The translations under genes were made by a program, and so were the position numbers. Below the pieces are notes generated by a model that searched no databases, had not been told where the DNA came from, and was given only the letters and a program-made list of their open reading frames with translations. 64,000 nucleotides of DNA from Antedon mediterranea (lineage: Eukaryota > Animalia > Echinodermata), in contig NC_092672.1 of assembly GCF_964355755.1 (NCBI RefSeq), forward strand, positions 34,230,437-34,294,436, read 5' to 3'. Below are positions 56,601-64,000 of this stretch, piece after piece (within the stretch, counting starts at the first letter, position 1; every line of letters begins with the position of its first letter).

Positions 56601-59600
56601 CCTATGTATAAAATATTATTGCCGATGACAAAACTGAGTTTTATATTGATTATATCCAGACGTAATTAAAACATTAAATTTAATTGCCACCGAGCGAAAT
56701 TGGTAGGCCCTAACTAATCCGTCCAAGCTACGCCCGCCTCACTCCGCCGTCTCTCGCGCTCCACTCGTCTCTCTATCCAGGAAATTCCCTATCGCACGAG
56801 AGGCATGATGTTGGAATAATAGTGGGCTGATCAATAGTTTGAAAACAGCTTACGGCATTTCTTAAGTGAATTTTTATTCAACGTATTCTTCTTTGATGAA
56901 TCCTTTGCCCATTGCTGTGTAAATCAGTAATTAAAGTTGTGATGCGAAAGTGTGTGTAATTTAATTCCACAGGTAAACAATAGGCATAAGAAAATCCATC
57001 GCACAAACAACAGGACCTCGTGGTGTGCCGAGGAGACGTTCTTCTCGAGCGCGAGATCATAAACAAAATTGGAAAAGTCCATTAAGTGGGGGGTGTTTAC
57101 TATTTACGAATCTATTAAATACGCGCTTCGACCACTGTGTAGGCAAAATATTTATTTCGTTAAATCCCTAAATTGATAATCGCGTATTCTGTAATCACGT
57201 GACTGATGATGTAATCCTTAGCGACGTACTAAATGCACATGCTTTTGTGTTGGGGGAATAGCTTGCTGTTTATAATGCACATCGTTAACAACTATGCTAC
57301 CACATGATTCACGGTGCTATTCGCGTTTCCTTGACGTAAATTGGCGGCGTGTAAATGAAACAATTGTTTTCACCAAATTGGTTCCTATTAGCCGTTGTCG
57401 ACATTCGATTGGCGGCTAGCCGTGGCTAAGCTAAAAAGTACGTATTTTTTCAAAAATTACACTAGCAAACATTTGCTAGTTTTGAAATTTTCAACTAGCA
57501 ATTAACAAGAATCTACTAGCAAAATGCTAGTTTGCTAGCGTGAATTTCGAGTCCTGAATCTTAGACTTAACTTTGAATATATTAAATTAAGATTTGAGAT
57601 GAATATTAATATTTGATATTTGAATATTGATTTTAAATTAATCCTAAAGTACATTGGCTTGAGGTTGTAATTACCAGTGCTATTCATTTACTCTTTGTTT
57701 ATGAATATTAAATGATAGCCTATCATCACATCAGCCCTCATAATGATATAGCCTTTAGGAGAAGGATACAATTAAACTTTATCTAAATATGGAAGTGATT
57801 TTAATATTGCTTTGCATACAATGGTGTACAACAATAAGACGAGTTACATAAAGTATAAAGTGCTAGAACTATGAGTAAGTAGCTGATTTAACTACTTATC
57901 CTTCCCGCTTTTCTTTATCCATGTCAATCTTGTTGTCATTCTTGCTTTCGAGTGAGTGGCCGAGCGAATAAGACAGTGGATCCTTACTTTTACGTAAGCT
58001 CCATTATTGTCGGTAAGGGTTTGAGGCTCACCCGCTCCATGGTTCTGGTGGTAGAATGAGTCTTCTCGGATAAGGACTATAAACCATATGTGCACTTTAA
58101 AGAACCTAGTACTGCACATCTATCGAGGCAATTTCTTGCTTTTGTACTTGCTGTATCCTTTTCTTCTTGCCTTCCTCTTTAGTTTTTGCTTTCTTTTTTC
58201 AGTATTCCCCTTTTATTTTTCCTTTCCCCTGTCATTCTTTCTTTTCCTTTCATTCTTGCTTTACTGTACCCCATTATGTTATAAACCATATCATTTTTGG
58301 TCGGAGATGTTTCAAGGACTTTAATCCATTCTGCTCTGAAAAGCTCTTATAAAAATGATGATATATTTTAGTCCACATACTTTTTAAACATAATGTAGCA
58401 TCTAGTTAACATTGCGGTGAAATCGTATTTAAAGACCCCTTCCCTGCAATTTTGGACGTTTTTTGAAAAATAATACATATATATCACTTTAAAAACATTA
58501 AACCATGTCATTCCTTGTCTTAAATGTACGTTTTATGGTAAATTATGATAAAAAGTGAGAAACAATGCACTACCTAAGTACTGTAGCTCGCGGCGATCGA
58601 CCTCTCATGGACGGTCTTAGGCCTAGCCTAGCTAGGCTTAGTTTTGTAGGTCTAGCTGGTAAACATCGATAACGTACGAACATCGTACGCTAGCTATATA
58701 CCTAGCCTGACGTTGTATAGTTGCTGGAATAATTGTCTTTCTATTTTTGCCAGACTCCGTTGATACAAATTGGGGAAAACCCGGTATTTTCGCTGAAAAG
58801 TTAGGAGTCTTCCATTTGTTTTGGCTTCACGATCGATCGAAAAGTGGGCGAATTACAGGTGAAAAACAAAAATATCAATCCGCGCGCAATGCATTTTGGG
58901 ATTTATAGCGGGCCGCTATAATTATTAGAATCGATTTATAGTTAGTTAAATAGTTACCGCAATAGGACCATATAGTATTATTTTTACATTAAATATAGTT
59001 TGTGATCTTAAATTAGATCTAAAAAACGTAGGGAATGGGGCTTTAACTAACAATGACAAATTTACATTTTCAATCTTTCAATAGATAAAGCTCTAATAGA
59101 ATTAGACACCATGTTCACTCTTTTCTCTGCAGTTAACAACACTCTAGTTTATTTGACATCAATATTATTAATGAATTCAATTTACCACGGACACCCAAGG
59201 TGACACGGCCTACAGAGAGTACAGAGATTCTTCTTTGATGCGTGTTACATAACAGTTTAATTGTTATCCATAGATCACATACACTAGTGTTATGTAATGT
59301 TTTTGAGTGAATGCATTTGATTTGAATGAGGCAGAGTGGATGAATATGTAATTGGACATTATCCCTTCTAAATATGGTTTAATATTTTACATCTGTTGAT
59401 TAGATTTGTAATTATTAAAACAGAGATTTTAAAAGATAATTAATAATGTCTGTCTCGTATAGAATCATGTCGCCTCATACAGTGAGCTTAAATACAAAGA
59501 GGCAGAGTTATTATTAATGTTGTACTATATTATTTCTAACTGGCAATATCTAATGGGTTGGCTTTTTTTATTCCATAGTTGTAATGAGATTCTGGTATAA

Positions 59601-62600
59601 GCCCACCTCCTCTTTAGGGCTTACTATGAGCCAAGGTCGGCCGGCTATGGCTCACTTTTCAGATGATTAGTGTGAGGTTGTTCCAAGTCCAGTTTTTTAA
59701 GCAGAGTTAGGACTCCATCTGTCAAAACTTATGTTTATCTCAACAAAACCAAAAGCAAAAACTGTATTATTATTATTATTTCAAGGCTATTGTGAACTAT
59801 ATTACGGTAATATTTAATAAATTACCTTTTTAATTGAGATACCTTTAATAATTTTTCTTCCTTGTTTCAATATTAATGATTTTTGTCTGTTTTTATGACA
59901 TTAAACCTGTAATAAATGGCTACAAACAATATCATGTTGCAGGAATATCTGTGTTTTTTCACCACTTGTTTTAATCACTTGCGTCTTCCTTTTACAAATG
60001 ATATGTTTTGATTAGTATTATAATTTTTTGAACTTAATGTAGGTGTACTTGGAAATCAAAGAGAAACTAAACTAAAACAAGTTTAAACTAATTTCCAGTT
60101 TGATAACAAACCTTTTACATCATTCCAATAAGGTTTTATGAATTGGGGTTTTTTTTTGTGTGTATATTGTACAAATTGTAAAAGACCAGTGGCTGTATTC
60201 ACCAATTACAGTAAGTGAGATATTTTCCTGGTATTTCACTTAACTCAATAAATATTTAAGTATTTCCCTTAAATTGTATTCATTTAGATAGGAGATTTGT
60301 TTTATTTTAAGGGTACAGTGTTTCCCTTAGCCAAAGTGTGAATGGTGAATACGGCCACTTGATTTTTCATTTACAATCTTTTCTTTAAAATAAAATATAA
60401 GGATGAAAAAGATCCACGATGGTTCCGAAATGTCAATATTTGTTGTCATTAAATTTAAGTTATATAGGATAGTAAACATCTCTTAATAATAATATAATAT
60501 ATATATATTTTAAAAGTTTTTTTATTTTGTTTATTTTGTGTATACAATATTAATACTGGTACTGCATTCATTTTTAGTTTTCTATATTATTTCTATGATA
60601 AAAAATAACGTGAAGTGTCCAGAATTGTACCCTGTCCTTCATTAATTGTATGTTAATTATTAACCTAGCTATCAACGTTGCTAGCCATCTCCTTTCCACT
60701 GGGATCAATTAGTATCACTGAGATAGAAATTGTCAGGGAATTTAGAGATCAGACGAATTCATACACACAATTAAAGCGATGTTATTAACACCAATTCCAC
60801 CTTGGATTCTGGAAAATTGTTCATAAATGCAAAACACAGTGAGATGAGCAGGGCACCAATTGGATTGTTAATGTTATGGAGTGGGTGGGTCGGGGCAGGA
60901 GGGGTCTGGGGATTTAATATTATATGTTGAGGCTAAGTTACTGTAGTAAAATAGTGTGAACCACCTGCCATTAAATTAATTTTAATACCATATTTGACAA
61001 TACAAATTTGTTTAGACAGTTCTAATGTTGTTTTGTTTATTTATTTTATTTTAAATAATATAAAAGGGCAGAAATATTCTATATAAAATTACTTTTGAAT
61101 AAATTGGTCATTCATAAGTAACTAATGAATAAATGAATAATACATTCAATATGTTTTTTATTGGTATTTGACAACATAAAACTTGTCTTTATTAATATTT
61201 CATCAAATTTAAAGCTCATAATTTACATTTTATTACTTGCAATTAAACTTTATAGAGGCATTGTTTTGATAATTATTACTTTTTTTTGTAGCAATTATTT
61301 ATCTTGTCATGTGCCTCTCATTTGTGTTTAATGTCAGATTGTATTCCTTCTAATTTGTGTCTAATGTCAGAGGTATTACTATTTTGATGATATCATTTAT
61401 TTATTTCTTTCTTAATTATTCTTCAGATTTTCTATGTAATTGGTGCAATCGAACCTCTACGCAAACTAGCGGCATCGAACACCGAGATAGCCTCGTCATT
61501 TGCTCAGCAAGCGTTGACTGTCATCGGAGAAGATATCCCAGATAAGCTAAGCTACAATATCTCAAGTTGGTCTCTAGATGAAGTTGGACTTTGGGTTGAT
61601 AGGAACGGTTTTGAAGATTATTCGGAGAATTTCAAGAAAAATAAGGTTTGATTTAGTATACAGTATAGTGGAGCTGTAGCTTAGTGGTTGCCTTACAATC
61701 CAAAGGTTCAGAGTTCAATCCTGTCCTAGTGCCAGGATTGTTACTTACGATTCTTTCAACTCCACTCCCTAAGACTAAGTAAAAGCACGATAAATTATAG
61801 TTAGCCATCCTGTAATTGGCAAGTTACTCGCTGTTGAATGCGTATGAAATTTAAGAAAAAAACATACAAGCAGACTCTAGCTCTCTGATATGCCATGTCT
61901 TCCAAAATGCTTTTTAACGAATATTAAGCCAAATGAATGTTGAGAAACTATACTAAGTATATGCCTGTGTGTTTTATTTTTAATTTTATCATGATGATGT
62001 AAAAGTGTACAATGCTAATTAGCTTTGTCTTTGCTAATCAAACTAGTTTGACAACAAAAATGTGATGTGCCCATATATGGGCATGATGATGTCATATCAC
62101 TACTATATTTGGGCTTATAACTATCATATTTGGGCACATCATACTTTTTTTGTCAAACTAGTTTGATAGTGTAGACAGAAGGCTAATGTGTGTTAATTTT
62201 ATCAACATGATGATGTAAGAATGCTAGCACACATATTTTTCTTGGATTTGTTTGAAATTTTCTTTTGCCAACATATTATTTTACATAGTGAGCATATTTG
62301 AATGTCCAACTTGGTAATAAACACAGCTACAGTAGAACATGATTTTCGTGTTGTTCTAGTAAAGGTCACGACCTGTAAGCTCCGGTATGGATTTCTATGT
62401 ATTGACTGAATACCTTAAAGGTGTCAACTTTTTACCTTCAATGTTCAATATTCATAAACTCTGAAATGCCATCTTCCTATCCTATTACATCATATTGATT
62501 ATACATGCATATCGTAGATACTCTAAAGTCCTTTTGATATTCATGATTTAATTTGAAAATCATAGGAAAATAAAGTACAGACATATATAATTAGTTTACT

Positions 62601-64000
62601 ACCTGATATATTACGACAACATATTTGAGAAATGTCCTTTGTGGCCCCATACCAACATTTCAAACTTTCTATTGTAAAATCATATTTTGCAAAAATTGGT
62701 GGTCTGGAGGAAGTTCTTTGTGTACTGAACTGTTCAAAAAGATTTTGTAAAATCAATATTGAACATTATTTTGTTCTTTTAAATTCTGAATATTCCTTAA
62801 ATTTACTGTTAAAATGATGAAACAATGTCAAATAAAATCAGTCTATTTGGCTAGCCATGTTAAGCATAGCCTAATTATCTTTCTATATTCATATAAACAT
62901 GAACATTCATTGATTATAATTCATTCTTTCACCATAGAATATTAATTCCAGTGGAATCGTATAGCTCTGTCTACACTATCAAACTTTATGTGAAAAATAA
63001 ATCTTATGTGCCCATACAGTATATGGACATGGTGATGTCATATCACTACCATATTTGAACATATCACTGCGATATTATCTGGGCACATCACACTTTTTTT
63101 TATTTAAACCCTTATACCATGATTATACATTTTGAAATCCACAATATTTATTGATCAAAAACATGCATCACAAAGTATAAAGCAGAATTACAAAGTATAT
63201 ATAATGTCTTAAAATGCTAAAATTACTGATTACTGAATGCAATGGATAAATATACAATATTTAGTACTGTAGTTTTGAGCGAATCTTACTATAGTAGATT
63301 AATATAGCTTAGAATATTTTTGGGATATTTACATTTGAATATTTACAATTGATAATATGTTATTTGTGTGTTATAAAACAAACCCAATATTGATACTACA
63401 CAGAATAAGTACCTTATTTCAATAATTTATTTCTTAATGTTTACATTTTAAAGTACACAAATGGATGAATCCTGAAGTGACCACTTTAAGTTCGTAATAT
63501 AAAATTAATCCTGATAAATGCGATTTAGAGTATGTATATATGTCAACACTTGAATATCAATTGTCATAATTTATACCGCTATAATTAGATGATTTCCAGT
63601 GATTTATTTTATTAAAATTCTTCGTTATTAGGTAAAGGTAATTGAATAATTAAGTGTTAATTTATTTTGGTCATGTTTTGTGATTTAAATCAATCAATTC
63701 CAATTACTACTTTTAGATGTCGATTTGGCTATAATATTGTAAAATAAGACATTTTTGGCGAAATCATACTCTATGTAATTAAACAGACAGACTAAAAACT
63801 TTTGACTGTATAAAAATAAGTTGATTGAGTTTATAAATGATACATTTGTTCAATAGGTGTTGAAACAACAGCTAGACATTTTTACTATACATTATAGAAT
63901 AACTTAACCCAAACATTTTTTCTTGTATTTATTATTGAACTTTTTCTGATTAATAGGTTGATGGAAATCTATTAATGACAATCTCTACAGATGAACTAAA
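49890..64000 (+). CDS. SARM1: Sterile alpha and TIR motif protein 1 (ARM-SAM-TIR NADase), 5' part; truncated by window end
   Basis: Exon 49890-51011 encodes ARM repeats (DEAWSIPKYGRD, LLEQ, LFKHS, LRHC, EWLFPLAF, SGTLDLVEPFV, EAQCLAAF). Exon 61427-61645 (IGAIEPLRKLA, WSLDEVGLWV) enters the first SAM domain. Exon from 63957 reads VDGNLLM. All junctions are phase 0, GT-AG. Confidence 0.95.
53455..53693. repeat. (CAT)n microsatellite, pure at its 3' end
   Basis: Uninterrupted CAT run at about 53632-53693, preceded by degenerate units. Confidence 0.95.
54165..54799 (+). mobile_element. Kolobok-like element, copy 3 (SARM1 intron)
   Basis: TTAA TSD, near-identical to the other copies. Confidence 0.85.
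56227..57556. mobile_element. hAT-like non-autonomous element
   Basis: CAGGGCTCGAAATT ... AATTTCGAGTCCTG termini, subterminal CTAGCA/TGCTAG repeats at both ends; a clean 8-bp TSD is not evident. Confidence 0.75.
58433..59042 (+). mobile_element. Kolobok-like element, copy 4 (SARM1 intron)
   Basis: TTAA TSD, near-identical, with a short replaced segment near 58935-58960. Confidence 0.85.
60188..60359. mobile_element. short TIR MITE
   Basis: AGTGGCTGTATTCACCA ... TGGTGAATACGGCCACT. Confidence 0.6.
61670..61850 (+). mobile_element. diverged tRNA-derived SINE
   Basis: A box TAGCTTAGTGG, B box AGTTCAATCC; 3' limit approximate. Confidence 0.55.
62020..62180. mobile_element. MITE family A copy
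   Basis: Core and right TIR. Confidence 0.75.
62963..63100. mobile_element. MITE family A partial copy carrying a CAGTA insertion
   Basis: Left TIR and core. Confidence 0.75.

Overview
AT-rich, intron-rich animal genomic DNA; an invertebrate, possibly a deuterostome, which is an inference and not provable from the window. Hand-splicing gives four protein-coding genes. On + is a Bicaudal-D-related cargo adaptor (BICDL1/CCDC64-like; 10 coding exons, 9362-31128, 595 aa). On - is ABHD11 (36798 to at least 38814, N-terminus unresolved), head-to-head with RAB35 (+; 6 exons, 39599-44748, 207 aa, one GC-AG intron). SARM1 (+) starts at 49890 and runs off the window. A probable non-coding first exon of a fifth, unidentified minus-strand gene lies near 3425-3610. 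Introns and spacers hold many non-autonomous DNA transposons (about 17 copies of one Harbinger-like MITE, 4 near-identical Kolobok-like copies, hAT-, Tc1/pogo- and Crypton-like elements), SINEs, LINE fragments and minisatellites. The most distinctive signals are two kinds of probable transposon excision scar. One is TA>TACTGTA/TACAGTA insertions seen directly by comparing paralogous repeat copies. The other is 24-36 bp CA...TG palindromes, several between 7-bp direct repeats, which resemble P-element footprints. Also notable are a SINE tail forming a splice acceptor, a SARM1 with an acylation-type N-terminus, and BICDL1-RAB35 linkage. All coordinates were read by eye; no database searches were run.
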